A stretch of DNA of 64,000 nucleotides from Podarcis gaigeae (Eukaryota): the NCBI GenBank assembly GCA_964106915.2, contig OZ066921.1; one strand, written 5' to 3'. How positions within the stretch are numbered: the first letter of the stretch is position 1; the number at the start of each line of letters is the position of its first letter. The notes below the pieces were generated by a model that did no database searches, was not told where the DNA came from, and worked only from the letters and a program-made list of their open reading frames with translations. A program made the position numbers and the translations under genes. Below are positions 50,246-64,000 of the stretch, piece by piece.

Positions 50246-50771
50246 CAGTGTTAGAAATCTAGCTATATAAGCTAGGCTTCAAATGGCTCTTTAAACCAAA
50301 GTTACAGTCTCCAAAATGTAATGTCTAGTTGCCATTTAGGGGCAAGACGGCACTAAAGTCTTAATTTTCAAATGATGGACAGACTGTGATTGATACTCAG
50401 TTAAACATCTGGCTAGTTCAGATGACAACCTTGAGCTAGGTTAAGAGCTTTGAGAACTTGAAATGTCTCGGGGACAGTCCACATATATCTTGGCCTATTC
50501 CGACTTCTTTTTCTTAATGGTGACTGCTCCTGCTCAAGCTGCACAGAAATAGCATTTTGGTTCCAGAAATTCATTATGATTGTGAAGCTAATTCTACATG
50601 ATGTGGTATTAGCATGTGAAAAACAGTCCAGATCCAATCAACTGCAGGCATGCAGCTCCAAATGGTGGAGATGCCAGGTGCCATCCTGGCACCCAGGCAT
50701 CTTCACTTGGTTGCAAGTGAACGAAAGCCAGGTGTAAAATGCGCCTTGTGCCTGGCTAATTTTGAACACTG
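50246..50771. mobile_element. Possible old hAT element
   Basis: Termini CAGTGTTAGAAA / TTTTGAACACTG; the flanks CTTGAAAC and CTCAAGAC match only 5/8. Confidence 0.4.
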
Positions 50772-51574
50772 CTCAAGACCTAATATTTCAAAATGTCTAT
50801 TTGGAAAGCATGTGAAAGGACCAAAGTAAGGTGATCTTGGAGAATTGGATAACTGCAGTAGGCAGATATTGTGAGCAGGCAGAGGAGATATGGGAGCAGG
50901 TTTTAAATGTCTCTCTTCGTATTGGCTTCTCTCTCTGTTAGTATGTCCTGGGTGGGTGGAAAGAGCGGGTTTTCTTCTGCCTTCAAAGACTTTGCGTGAA
51001 GGGATGTGGGTTGGAGCTAGAGGTGAATTCTCTGGAAGATGATAGCAGTACATATATTGCCTCTAGAATACTTTCATATTTAGACTTGGGCCTGGAAACT
51101 CACTTTTGTGGGGTAACTCCGGTCTACCCACTTGGCAGGCATGCATTACCCCAGATAATATTATGGGAAGAGGCCAATAAGTTGAATGTAGCTTTCATAT
51201 TCTTTGAAATTTGTCTTCCACTGGGCATTAGTGAGATTTACTTGTTCAAATTTTATGTATTTTTGAGGTTTTTCTGTGATCGTATTTTTTGCAACTATAT
51301 TTGTTAGGGACACTGCCAGAGAATGCATATGAGTGGCCTATCCAACGGTCAGAATCCTGTGTTCACTGTTTACTTTAAATATTGTTACCAGAATATGTGA
51401 AACTTTCTTTTCTAGTCTGTGGTAGTATAGCTTCTAATTTTTGTCAAAGGGAAATACTTGTATTATATACTCCTCAAAATATTTGGAAAAACTATCTCAA
51501 AGTTGGGGAGCAAAGTTGCTATAAGTTGCTTCAGTGGGTAGGACTTGAGCTAAAATTCAAATTCAAATAGGATT

Positions 51575-51795
51575 CAAATTGGAAGAAAAAGGGTTTAAAC
51601 TAAACATTAGGAAGTACAAGCTGATCAACAATGGAACAGATTGCCTTGGAAGCTGGTGTACTTACCTTCAGTAAAGGTTTTTAGGCAGAGGCTGGATGGC
51701 CTCCCCATCATGGAGGTTGTAGTAGTGGATTTTCAGCATTGGTAGGAGTTGGCGTAGATGGCATTTGACATCCCTTCCAACTTTCATTCTCTGCA
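51575..51795 (+). mobile_element. Older CR1 LINE 3' fragment
   Basis: CTAAACATTAGGAAG...CAATGGAACAGATTGCCT...GGTTTTTAGGCAGAGGCTGGATGGCC...CCCTTCCAACT, typical of the CR1 ORF2 end and 3'UTR. Confidence 0.75.
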
Positions 51796-54174
51796 GTTTT
51801 TAAAATGAAGCTTTTAGGTATGTCTACAGATATAGATGAACATTTGTAGCTGATAAAACATTCTGGAGATCCGAGAGAAGCTGTGGCCAGGTTGGGATTT
51901 GGTGCTGCCCCAATGGACAATAGGCAACATTGTAAGCTTTAAAAAAGAATAAAGGAAGCTGCTTGTCTTAACTTAGCCTTACTCCTCCTTTATTCACTCC
52001 CCCCCCCCCCCCCGCTTCTCAGAAAGCAGTCATTTCTTCCTGACGTCTGTTGTTCACCTTTCAGGCTGGTCATTTCCTTGTTTCTTTTACCACCTGTTGA
52101 TTTCCCATCTGTGTTTAGTCTTATCTTTGGTTCTGTGGTGGTTTCATTCATTTTTGCTGCCTTTTAAACCATTAGTTCCTTTTACAGTATTTGCAGTCCT
52201 TTTCCTTGGTAGAGCATCTTTCCAAGGTAAAAGTGACTGCTTAAAAAATCCTATACATAGGATCTAGTCACTGTAAAAATAATAAATATGGAGGAGTGTG
52301 TGTAAACTAAACAAAAACATAAATGCATTTACTATCCTTATCTAAGGATGGTGCATGTGGTTGTGGTATGACATAACAGTTGTATTCAGGGGGAAGACTG
52401 ATGTCCTATGAAGGCATGGAATGCAGCAACTGTGCCAATGCTAAGCAGGCATTGCCTGAATGGAAAATTGTTGGGGGCGCCTCGTGTACAGTCTCCTGAG
52501 TTTCATGGAAGAAAAACTGAGTGGACCATAATGTGCTTCTCACAAAACATTTATTGTTATATATTCTCATAACATATGGACACACAAAAGTGGCTCATGA
52601 GGCCTTGGTGATGTTGTTGTTTCCAGATGTAAACATGTTTCCTCCTTGTCCTTTACTATTACATAAGCTATTGAGGAGAGTGTGGACATGGTGCACGAGC
52701 ACTTTATTGCTCCGAGGCAGATCAAATGACAATTTTTGGAAGAGATGTTCAGTCAGATAGTCAGGGGGAGACAGCCTGTAAATAGTTATATGGAGTGGTA
52801 TGTGTGTCTGATAAACAGGTATGAGAAGGGAAAGTCCAAATGGCCTTTGGTTGGTTGAAATATTGAGGAACTCAAATTGATTCTTTCCGCTAAATTAACA
52901 GTCACAGCATTGGTGTTACAATGTTACTGCACTGGATCTATTTTTGATGTGAAATTCCTTCTATGGTATAATCCTGTTCTTCTTTAGAACTAAGTCCACC
53001 GAGTTAGAAGGGTTTACTCCACAGTAAATGTGTTTAGCATTGCAGCCTTAGTTTTCTGGTCCACAAATGTCATTCTCTGTTACATAGACCCCTCAAATGC
53101 TTGATGCAATAAGATGTTGCTAAGTTTGGAATGTAAATTATGTGAAAATGGCTCTTAAATTTTGCTTGCTGAATGCCAGATGAAGTGGCAGCCATTTCTG
53201 TCATTATTACATGAATATATTCAGGTTCCTGAGTTCATTAAGAAACACTGTGCAGTCCTTCATTCAATGTGTGTGTAAATAAAGGAATTTTTGAATTGAA
53301 ATTTGATTTTAAAGGGCCCATCTAACACTGCCAGTACTGGAATTAGGAGCAGCACCAGCACCCATAATTGTGTTGCTTATAACAAACAGAGATAGACATG
53401 TTATTTCTGATGTCTAGGGATGAAGTGAACTTAGAAAAGAACTGGATAAAATCATTCTAAATATGGCCATTCACATATTGCTGTAGGCTTATTTCTTGCA
53501 TTTCATCTTTTTATGATGATGAAAAGGCATAAACCTTGCGTACTGTGCTTTCCAAGCTGAGCACACCACAGAGGATGACTTGATTAAAATCATATGTGAC
53601 AAGTTAACATTTTAATGACTAATGCTGCTATGGATCTTGGGAGTGGATCAGCTAATTTTAGTTTCTCTCTCCAGAGGCAGAGCTAGAAAAAGGAAGAGTC
53701 ATTTGGGGCCACTATTCCCAATCCTGCATGGTGGAACAATCAGAGTTGCATTTCCTTTTTCTGCAGCATTCTTTTCCTACCTTCTCATTTGTCCCACAAA
53801 GCTGTTTTGGCCAAGCCACACTCACCTACCCTACACATAATGACATGTATGATGTATGACAGATAACAGACCAAGTCTCAGCCAGTCGGTGTTTTGTCAC
53901 CATCAGTGATCACCTCACATTATTGCCAATTGCTGCCTAAATACATAGAATTGCGGGGGGGGGGGGGGGGTTGTAGGTGAGGTTTGGCTACATCAAATGA
54001 TCTATGCCATAGGAGAGAGGCCACTATGTCCAAAAGATAAAAGGAAGAAAAGAAACCAGGGAGAGGATTAGGAGACAACAAGCATGAAAAAGGAAGGGGT
54101 CTGTCTTCCAGCAGTGGGACACTTGGAGGCAGAATGTAGAGGCCAGCTGAGCTAGAACCTGAAACCAGACACGA

Positions 54175-54219
54175 GAAGAAGAAGAAGAAGAAGAAGAAGA
54201 AGAAGAAGAAGAAGAAGAA
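54175..54219. repeat. (GAA)n microsatellite
   Basis: Direct read. Confidence 0.97.
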
Positions 54220-56189
54220 AACAAACAAGTGCCTGGTTGGAAAGAAGCAAAAGCAACCGTATATTTCTAGGGCATAGGCGAGTGGCTGGCACATCCGTGA
54301 ACCATTTATAGGGGGAAAGGGAAATGTATGGCTCCATGGTTTGTAAGCATACTCACTAACCCACATAGGAAAAGTTTTGTTTGCAGCTAACAGGTGGATT
54401 CTTCATTACTACCAGTGTAAGTAAGTATGGGATCCTTTGATATTGAATTTACCCCAGTGAGCCCTATTGAGACAGATGAGAACAAACTTTTGTGAAATAA
54501 GACTTGGAAGTTTTGGGACACTTTAGTTGGCATAGGTCTCCTCAACATGACTACATCTGCATTTCAGATCCCATTGACTTTTGCTTAATCTTGTGTGGTT
54601 AGGTTAACATGGTAATTGTTCAAAGTTCTTTAACCATTCTGCTTATTCTCTGGCAGTGATAAACTTATTACTGCAGTCTTGCAAGAAGTAGACTTGCTCT
54701 TTGTGTTGTACAAAGAGAATAAAATCCATTTGTTGTACTTAGTCTTTTTTTAAAAACCTCATTCTTGCAGTCTTGCCAATATCCTGTATTTGTTTTTCAC
54801 AGGAAAGCTTTTAACTTTTCCTTAATGCAAGTTGAGTTGTGATAGCTTCTGCTTGTTTTAATGTTTTGCTGTTGTAACACAAGGCAAATATGCTCAGGCA
54901 CTCAAGCTAATTTTTCAGTTAGTGAAAATGTTACTTTTCTCTACTTTTTGGAATGTTACTTTGAATTAGATCAAGGGTTTTTGTTGGACTTTGTTGATGC
55001 TCAGTTTGAAGTGAGAGTGCATTTTAGAACACAAAGCACTGTGCCAAGACTATGCATTACAGGAGAAGATGAGCAGTGACAGGGAAACTTGGCTGCCATT
55101 ACTGGCCTCTTCGATGAAGAGTCCCTGATAAGTTTTCAAGGTACTCCAGGGCTGCCCTGAATGCAGTTTGGAAATCAGCAATTTAAATTTAGTGTAATGT
55201 GATGGTTATTCTAGTGGGTTGCCACCTTACTCAAGCCAAATTGAGGCCAGTGCTCCATTTTCTAATTTATCTCTTCTTAATAAACACTGAAAGCTTGATA
55301 TTTTTCTTACATGATATGAAGCTGTATGAGTGTTTGCAGAGGATTGTGCTTGAGCAGATGCTTATTGGTAAATAATATACTTCTGACAAAACCAGTGGGT
55401 GGGTGGTGGTGTATAGATTTATAAATTTATCCACGGAAATCAAGGTCCGAGGGACAGTGGACCGGTCCCCTGCTGCAAAAGTTTGCTGACCCCTGCATTA
55501 GTGGTAACAAAATGTTGATTGCTTTTACAACTCTTGGAGCAGCTTTGGAAGGAAGGGGATTTAGTATATTTAGGTAGAGGATTTTAGTGTAAACTTTTAA
55601 AAAGTAACATCTGGAATGTTTGCTTTTTGTTCAGACATTTTCAAATTGAAATCCAAATCAGAAATGTTTTAAATAAAAGTTGCTTCCAAATTTAATTTTT
55701 ATTTGCTGCATCATTACTTTGTGCTGCACTGGAATGCAGCTCCACTGCAGTAAGGGAAGCTGTGATTTATATACGTTATGCCTTTTGTTGCTGTTTCAAT
55801 AACTACATCATCATGTTTTGTCTGAAAACACTATACAACACCAAGAATGCTCTTACGCATGTTTGAGGCCAAGCAACAGGATTAAAAACAGAGCATTGAT
55901 GGAAAAGTAGGGCACCGAGTTGAGTGTAATGAGAACCTGGAATTCTGGCAACATGTTCACAGAGTGCTGTAAAATAATGTAATATGGCTGGAACTATTTT
56001 CCATTCACACCCAAAGGTCTTTAGGGAATCTTAGTAGAATTAGTAAGCACAATGTGTTTGGCTTCAGTTAAGATAATTGGTTTTTTTTGTAATACTTGAT
56101 CACTTAGCTTTTGATTGAAGGTAAAACTGAAGTGGTTATTTTACAAAGACAGTTTGAAAACTTTTCTGCCTAGGAGTCAGGTGCTTGTA

Positions 56190-56482
56190 CAGGGCCGTCT
56201 TAAGCATATCTGGCGCAGTGGTGCAAAGATTCCTCCGGCACCCCCCCCTCTTTCCCAGAGTTGTTGACCTTTTCCTAAGCCTCTGCAGGGATCACTCTCC
56301 CGCGGAGGCTTGGGAAGGAAGCTACACGCTCGTCAGCCATATGGTTGATGGGGCACAGCTGGAGGGCATGCAGGGAAAGGGGAGGCTGCTGGTAGCGCAG
56401 CTCCCCCACTCACTGGAGCGCCACTTAGAGGCCAGCACCCTGGCGCAATGCTCCAGTAAGCCCAATAGGAAAGATGGCTCTG
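56190..56482. mobile_element. hAT (Tip100-like) MITE with perfect 8-bp TSD TGCTTGTA
   Basis: TSD at 56182-56189 and 56483-56490; TIR CAGGGCCGTCTT / AAGATGGCTCTG. Confidence 0.88.
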
Positions 56483-58719
56483 TGCTTGTAGTCACCCTAC
56501 ACACCTGTATACATGTACACAGGGGCAGAGGTACTCACCCTTCAGGTGATTTGTGCAGATTAGCTGATGAGTGGACATATTGTCCCCTTTCTCATCATGA
56601 TCAGTCTGATGATGGAAGGAGCAGTTAACATCTTCATCAGGTGCTGGGTGGGCAGAAAGTTGAAACTTCTATGTCCACCACAGTTTGTGTCTGCTTTAAC
56701 TTTTTAAATTTTTGCTGCCACCAACATAGTAGGGGGGAGGCTATGGGGCTGGGTACAGCCACTGGGTTGTTCACCCCTGCTCTGAACTGGAGCAGAACCT
56801 TGACTTTCAACCATATATGGGCACTGTTACACTGTTACATCTAATACTGAAATGTTACAAGGCTAAATAAATATTCAGAATGATCAGCTTTAGAATCGTG
56901 GGAAAACTCAGAGTGTTGCATTCCAGCTCACTTAGTAATTCAGTAGTGAGTTATCGTCAGTGGGGTGCAAGACCTGAGTTAGAGGATGTAAACTTGGGAG
57001 AAGATAGCAAGAGATGCATGGGTTGTACAACTCTCATAGAACCTGGCCTTTAAATTGTTGTCTGATTAAAAGACTAGGAACCTTCGCCTGTTTGTCCCAA
57101 GCTTCTTGCTTTTGAGACTCCAGTTTTCTTGCACAGAATTTCTAGCCTCTTTATACCAGCATGGTGCTTGGACAGGTAGAAATTTTTTAATGGAAACCTT
57201 TCCCAGGGCTTTATTTTTCCATCTAAAATTTTCTTAAGTTTATTAGTAACAGTGAATGTATGACAATTGCATACAACATTAAGCAACCCTGCAGTTTCAA
57301 AGTTGTAATTAATGTTTTTCAGGTGATTATCACTAGCAAGTATGTGAGCCAGCTTATCGTGCATAATTGTTAACATTGTTAACATTTATTACTGTCAACA
57401 GTTTTCAGCACATTCTCCCCTTAAATGTAAACAATTCAAGTAAAGTACATGCTATTGTCTTTAACTTTTTATGAGTATCCAAATTAAAACATATTAATTG
57501 TGCTTCAATTTCCCTCTTGAGTATTTGTATTGGGACAAAAAAATGTTAAACACAAGTAAAATAAACATGCTAAATTGGATCACTCTGGGAAATCAGAATT
57601 CTTTTTTGATACAAACTAAAGGTTTCCCCATGCTGATTACCTTATGCAAATTGACCAAATTAACCTCATTCATAGGGGGAAATCTGAAAAATTTTCTAAT
57701 TCAAAACCTTTCAGAAATTAAATTTGAGAAGCAATGAATAAGCTGGTAGTTTTTATTGGTATTTCTAACATGTGCTAATTGTGTATGCAAATCTTTAAGC
57801 TTCATAATTTTGTTCTTTATCTATAAGCAGGTCATTTTGTCATGAAGCTTACTTGTTCCTTGGAGTGATGCAACTTGACTCTGACAACAGAATAGAAGGC
57901 TCAAGCACTTCAGAATGAAAATATCAGGCTAATGACACATGTACATTGAAATGTATCTGGAGTGTATGTAAGCTGTCCATGACGTGTACTACTATAGAGT
58001 GTCTTACTATGAATATGCAGCAGTGTAGAGCAGTTAACAAAGCAGAGCACAAGCTGTTTGCATGCAAAATTATCTAGATATCATTAGTAAATCTTACCAA
58101 AGAGCTAACAATGTAAACACTGCTTTTGTGACAGCTCAGTGAGAAGGCAAAATATGGGCATATCCTAGTAAAGGGAAGTATACATTTCCCACCAGCCATG
58201 TGGTTCCCTTATTGAAACTATAAGAATGGAATCTTTTTCAAAACTGCAAGACCTCTACATCAGCTGAGAGATCCTGGTCCAGCAGGCTTCACTTAGCATC
58301 TAGCTGTAGCCATTCCATCAGAATGCAGCAATAGAAGGGCCGCATGATTGGCTATACTGAGAGACCACCTCCTTCAGGCTCCATTTGTCTTTCAGCTGTT
58401 TCCCTCCAAGCTCCTCACTATAAGAACCACATGACAACCTAGAAATGGATGCCTCAGTCCCCTCCCACCGTCTTTTTCACTTTGTGCTGCATCTTTCAGA
58501 TCTAAGCCTATACACTGTGTTGTTATATTATCTTGTGTAAGCTGCTCTGGGAGCCTCTTCAGTTGAAGAGTAAGGTAAAATGATGTAAATAAAATTGGAG
58601 AGAGAGTGGTTAAAATCTGTAGTAGAAAATGTTTTATTGCAGTTCACTCAGTATTGACTTGCAACAGATTTTATGTTAAGTCCATTTTAAAAAAAAACTG
58701 AAAACACTAGAGCTACATA

Positions 58720-59081
58720 AAGGTAAAGGTAAAGGTACCCCTGCCCGTACGGGCCATTCGTGTCCGACTCTAGGGTTGTGCGCCCATCTCATTTAAGAGG
58801 CCGGGGGCCAGCGCTTCCGGAGACACTTCTGGGTCACGTGGCCAGCGTGCCAAAGCTGCATCTGGTGAGCCAGCGCAGCACACAGAAACGCCGTTTACCT
58901 TCCCGCCAGTAAGCGGTTCCTATTTATCTACTTGTACCCGGGGTGCTTTCGAACTGCTAGGTTGGCAGGCGCTGGGACCGAGCAACAGGAGCGCACCCCG
59001 CCGTTGGGATTCGAACCGCCGACCTTTCGATCGGCAAGTCCTAGGCACTGAGGCTTTTACCCACAGCGCCACCCGCGTCCC
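58720..59081 (-). mobile_element. Young full-length Sauria SINE with 12-bp TSD TAGAGCTACATA
   Basis: TSD at 58708-58719 and 59082-59093; intact head GGGACGCGGGTGGCGCTGTGG; many CpGs retained; (ACCTTT)n tail. Confidence 0.96.
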
Positions 59082-62000
59082 TAGAGCTACATAGAGCTCA
59101 CCTATTCTAAGTGATTTGGAATAGTTTGGTCATTTTGACAAGTTAAAAAGAATGGGTAAGACCATGTGTTATTTTCTTTTTTGTCTCAAATTTATTCAGC
59201 TCAGTTTGTGGCTCCGTCCTTTTCTTTACCAGCTGCAATGTAATGCTAGCTTTTATAAATCCCCTCAGGTCCACACCCGGATCTGTAATATAGCTAGTAC
59301 ACAGATGCATTGTTTTGAGGTCCTGTATTCCACAAAGATCAAAGAGTCACTGGACCACATCCACTGAACATCTGAAGCTGTTACAACCCTCTACAGCCCT
59401 TCCGGATCCAGGTGCTTCACAATTACTAGGTTAAAGGCAACAAGAGCTGTTGCTTCTAGGCTTTTTTGTTTAATTCTTACTACTTTGATTTGCTACAGCT
59501 GGTGAAACAGATTTGGTTCAGGCATGTATGATGGTAGTTCATTTCATGCTCAGAATTGTAATTATGTTCATTCCTTTCAAGCTCACAGCTGTAAAAAAAA
59601 GTATTCTATTATGCTTTACATAAAACTTGCATGGTGTGGGAAACGTTACCAAAATTTACTAGCAACAATAAACTTTTTAATTTTACCACAGTTCCTTGTT
59701 TACCTGCCTACTTTTCTTCACGTATAGCTGCTGTAATGTTACTTTTAACTAAAGGCGTGAAGGAGACCATTCCATAATGAAATGTAAGTTGTTTTAACTT
59801 GCCCATCTGTCATTGACATCTGCCTATGCAGCTTGACTATACCATCAGCCTCCATATTTTACTGCCTATTCATTATTTCCAAATCTTTTTGAGACTCTTG
59901 AAGGTACAGCCAGTTGTTGCTTTGCATGTGACTATAATACATTTGATCTACACTGCACATTATTTTAGTTTTCTTCTGCTAGTGGGTTGGTTCCAAGCAA
60001 TAACCAGCAAAGATTCCATCTGTGATGGAGTTTTAGGGAAAGCACACAAACATTCCTAAACTACCCCTGGAGACTTTGCCTAATTTAAAAATTCTTGACA
60101 CCATAGTAAGATGTTCTTAACAAAATAAATTGGAAATGTGTGTGTGAGAAAGATCATGAGGTTTACAGACGGTAATACTAAAGTAGTTTGAACTCTAAGG
60201 GAAGTATTGATGCATAAAAGGGAAAGGCACTTTAAAAAGGAATAAAGCAAATTGAAGTGTGTTGTGAAATCTGCATTGCTTATAGACCATATTGGTTGTG
60301 AGTCTTGGAAGACCTGCTCCCTGTCTTGTAGCCTTTTTTTCACGTGGCCTAGGAGGGCAGGGCCCTGACTGACTGACTCCAGTTACAAAGCCTGCTGAAT
60401 AGACTCTTGGGCTGGGGTATTGTTTGGGAAGAAGGTTTGTAGCTGTAGCTGTTGCTTTTTTGTATCTTTATTTTATATCATGTTGTGATTTATGTAGTTT
60501 GGTTGTGTATATTTTAATGCTTTTATCAATGTTTATGACTATTTTTGTTATGTTGTAGTTATGTATGTTTTCATTGTATAAGCTGCCTTGGGCATGGTTT
60601 GAGCTGTGGAAAGGTGGAATAGAAATAAAATTATGTATCTCTAAAGCTTGAAGCCCGGCACCTTGATTTTACAATTCTACATTAGTTGGTTATACCCGAC
60701 CCGTTCTACAGGTTGTAGAAGTTGTATGGCTTGTGCAGCAGTGTCAGTATGGAACTGTTAAGCTCTTTGACCTCATCCTCTGAACATTGTTTTAAACAAC
60801 TTTCAGAACCATCTTGGCATGTCTGGTTAGTTGGGATCCTTATTCTGAAGCACAAGAATGGAATGTGAGCCCCCGTTGGATAACTGTTCTTTGTGTCAGC
60901 ATCTTAATACAAGTTTTAGTACCCCGTAGACTTAGTATTTTTACATGCATGTTGTGTCCTTGTGCTAAGAAGCTTAATTTTGTTAATGGTTAAATAGTTA
61001 AGGCCAGAGGAGAGACACCAGTGTTGTATTAAACTTTCCACATTGACTTGTCTACTGAGAAACCCCTCATCGGCCATGGACCTCTGTATGATGCAGAGGA
61101 TTCTGGAGCATGCTTTAGGGCAAACATTCAGTTTGCTTGAGCACTAGTCAGTCTGTGTCAGCTTGCAGTAGCTAGATGCATTATCCAGAACATATCTTAT
61201 ATTTCCAAGCAGATTACAGGTTAAGATCAATAGTAATTTTCAGGCCATCTCTCAAGAAGCTTGTCTGTCATACTCTGAACTTTTAGTTGAAGAGGTCTTG
61301 GTATGCTTCCATGACATTCCTGGTTTCCGAGACCACAAGTTTAAAAGCTACTGGAAAATGATGTTGGGCTTACTGAGAATTCTGAGTTCCTTATGATCTT
61401 TAAAATCACCTGCAGGTGCAGCACAGGGGCGTTAATACGAATTGAAGAACTTGGTCAGTTTGCAATACTTTCCTGTAGTGTACAATGCTTAAGTATATTG
61501 AAGCAGGCTACTTGGATTACAGGCTTATTATTTAAAAAGTTGTTGCAATGTTTTGAAAAATAGAGTAGATTGATTTTAAATCAGGTTTTCTGTATTGTAA
61601 TTTATACAGTACTCAAACAACAATGTATACTAATTGGTTACCAAAACAATAACAACATATTGTCTCACAACTAAACAAAGCCTTTATAAATTACTTGCAA
61701 ACATAATTAAAAAATTCTGAGCACCCTGTTAGGAGGCCAACATTCTTTATAGACAGAGGAAGAATTGCAATCAGACCTGCACCAGCAGTTGGTCCTTGAA
61801 GAGGCTGGGGAAAAGATTTACCATCATTGCTCTCTCTGACATTTGCCTTTTGGTGCTGTTTGCCTCCTCTAGAGGACAGATATGGGCTCCAGCTTTATGT
61901 CATTTATCCCTCCTCTCTGAACTTAATTTAAGTCAGGTACCGTGGAGTGCAGCATGACTAGGATCAGAAACTTTATTGTCAGTTAACTTTTTGTTTTGGT

Positions 62001-64000
62001 TTGTATTTATGTAATTATGCCTAGATTATGTGGGTTTTTTGGGGAGGGGGTAATATGTAATTCATTCTAAATCAAATATTTGCCAAATCATTTATTTTTG
62101 CTATTTTGAATTTCTGACATTTTCTGTATTTTGTATATTTGTATTTCCAATGTTCTCTATTTTGATGTTTTGAATGTTTGCAGTAAGGCACTTTGGGTGT
62201 AGCTTGTTGTGGAAAAGCAGCATGTAGTAAAATCAATCAATTGATCAAGTATTGGGAATTAGGGGTTCTGAGCTTGGTACTACTATTAGTTTAGTTCCAT
62301 TACAGAATGCAGATATGTCTAGGTCCTGATCAGACCTTGTTGCATGTGTAAGTAAACAGGTTGATTTACTTGTTAGACATTCTCAGTGGGGGAAAAGAAA
62401 ATGGTTTACATCTTCCTGTTGCGACTTTTAAAGAGGGATCTTCAGATAGAACCTTCATTTAAAATGTTATGCTGTATCCCAGCTTTCAGAATTTGTACGT
62501 TTCAGATTTTTAAAAAATCAATAACCCCTCGGTGTTTTTTTTGGACATGTGAGTGCTTACTTGTGTGCATGCACACACTCCACTCTGGTGATTAACCTAT
62601 TCCCAAAGCTGGAATTACAATCTGGTTTGCAGAAGTACTTTTTGGGATTGTCATAGGAAGGTTAACACATGACTTTAGAGGAAACTATCAAAGTTTAGAT
62701 TGGCTCCTTTCGCAGAAGCTCCCATTTGCTTTTTCAAATCTATAAAGAGATTTTAGGTGGACTTCAGTTTTGCTTCAGTATTCAGTTTTGCATCTGGGGC
62801 AAAGGTTCTACTTTGCTCTGATCCACTTCGACTTTGATAATCAAACTACAATTCATTTCTAGGCATTTTGAATGTGATGTGCCATTTCCGGGGGGCTCTT
62901 GTAAGATTTTGTGGGGCCATCCAAGTTTCCGTAAGATCTTATGTGAGCATCCTAGCCTCCAAGAACCTGCATACCAAATGGGCTTTTTCCTACAAGCAGG
63001 GCAGAGTGCTTAATAGCTCTTTCTGAATTGGGTCTGCCTGGGTTACCTGGCACTAAAAGTTTTTAAGATCTCCACGTTGCTTGGGCAAGGCCCACTTGGT
63101 GCATGGGTTCTGGGAGTATTCCCCCTTACCCACTGCCTGTGGGAGTGTCTTCAAGGTTTTAGGTATTATATGGAACCCCTCCATAACGTGTGGTAATTTT
63201 GAAACTGACTATAGTTGTTTAAGGTAGCTTGCTCAGCCCCAGTTCAACAGTCAGAGATAACCTTTGGAGACTGGAAATCCCAGTGTGTTCCGTTTTTGAT
63301 CCAAGCAGCTGTAATAAATAAAAGATTGTGTTATCTAAGCTCTACAGAAGCATTGCTGGTCTAGTGTGCTGCGTTTTATGCAGATCATGTTAACAGCAGT
63401 CTGACTTCATGGGAGCTTGGCATTGTGACTGAACTATAGTTGGATGGTATTTTGAGGGCTTCTGTTCTTGGTCAAAATATGCTATTATGTGGGGAAAGCT
63501 TCAGTTTGTTGTGGTGCCATCCACTTGGTAAAAATGAAGTCTCAGACTTAAAACGTTTCAGTGCTATGAATGAAATGCTTTAGTTGGTGCTTTTTGTTAC
63601 AAGCAGCTTTCAAAAAAGAACCTCTGTCATCACATCTTAAACATGTTTATGAAAGGAGTATAAGTATGGAAGAAAGTTTTAAAAAATTGTGAAGGGTAAA
63701 GAAAAAAATGTGTTAATTGAAAAACACTTGTGAAGCATTGTGCAGCCTTTTCTTTCCTCTGAGTAACTTTTAAAAAAAATTCTAGCCTGAAATAGGGAAG
63801 ACTTAGATTATAAATACTTTTCACATTGACTGCCTTGGTGCTAAGGAAGGCAGAACGCAAATTCTTAAAATGCCCCCCTCTTTTTTTAAAGAAACCAGCA
63901 TTGTTCAGTAGTTAGATTTGTTTAGCTTTGATGTAAGGAAGCACAAATAGAAATATCTGTTCTGAAGATCAGCTATGAAGGCATTGGCTGGCTGCATTTG

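Noticed and set aside
53920-54366. ORFs with poly-F, poly-S or poly-L (also the poly-ER/SL ORFs at 27.0 kb and the poly-D/S ORFs at 44.0 kb)
   Set aside because: Translations of microsatellites.
56185-56628. 147-aa ORF
   Set aside because: Mostly spans a hAT MITE; no transposase or other homology.
46839-64000. First coding exon of ANKRD11 (MPKGG-like start)
   Set aside because: Not found by eye; presumably beyond the right edge, so the ANKRD11 call rests on synteny and UTR similarity.

Overview
Vertebrate genomic DNA, most likely a lacertid lizard: it carries many Sauria/POM-type SINEs, Bov-B and CR1 tails, and hAT MITEs. The window spans the 5' ends of two divergently transcribed genes. 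On the minus strand, SPG7 (paraplegin, mitochondrial m-AAA protease subunit) coding exons 1-6 reconstruct with canonical GT-AG sites and matching phases: 15868-15716, 14271-14175, 12687-12598, 6182-5941, 3881-3742, 1165-1063. The gene continues off the left edge. On the plus strand, a CpG-island promoter and a non-coding exon 1 (donor after 24585) plus an 80-nt non-coding exon (46759-46838) are assigned to ANKRD11, by synteny with SPG7 and by recalled 5'UTR similarity. No ANKRD11 coding exon was found, so about 24.6-64 kb is almost all intron. The rest is transposon-derived sequence and microsatellites. I see no clear novel system. The best leads are strong-Kozak uORFs in both leaders (one encoding MERASRRRRRRHS), a 5S rRNA-CR1 chimeric retro-sequence, an inverted SINE pair bracketing the uATG-bearing exon, a three-layer nested insertion, and an OC1-like hAT MITE. 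Family names and human comparisons come from memory and need database confirmation.
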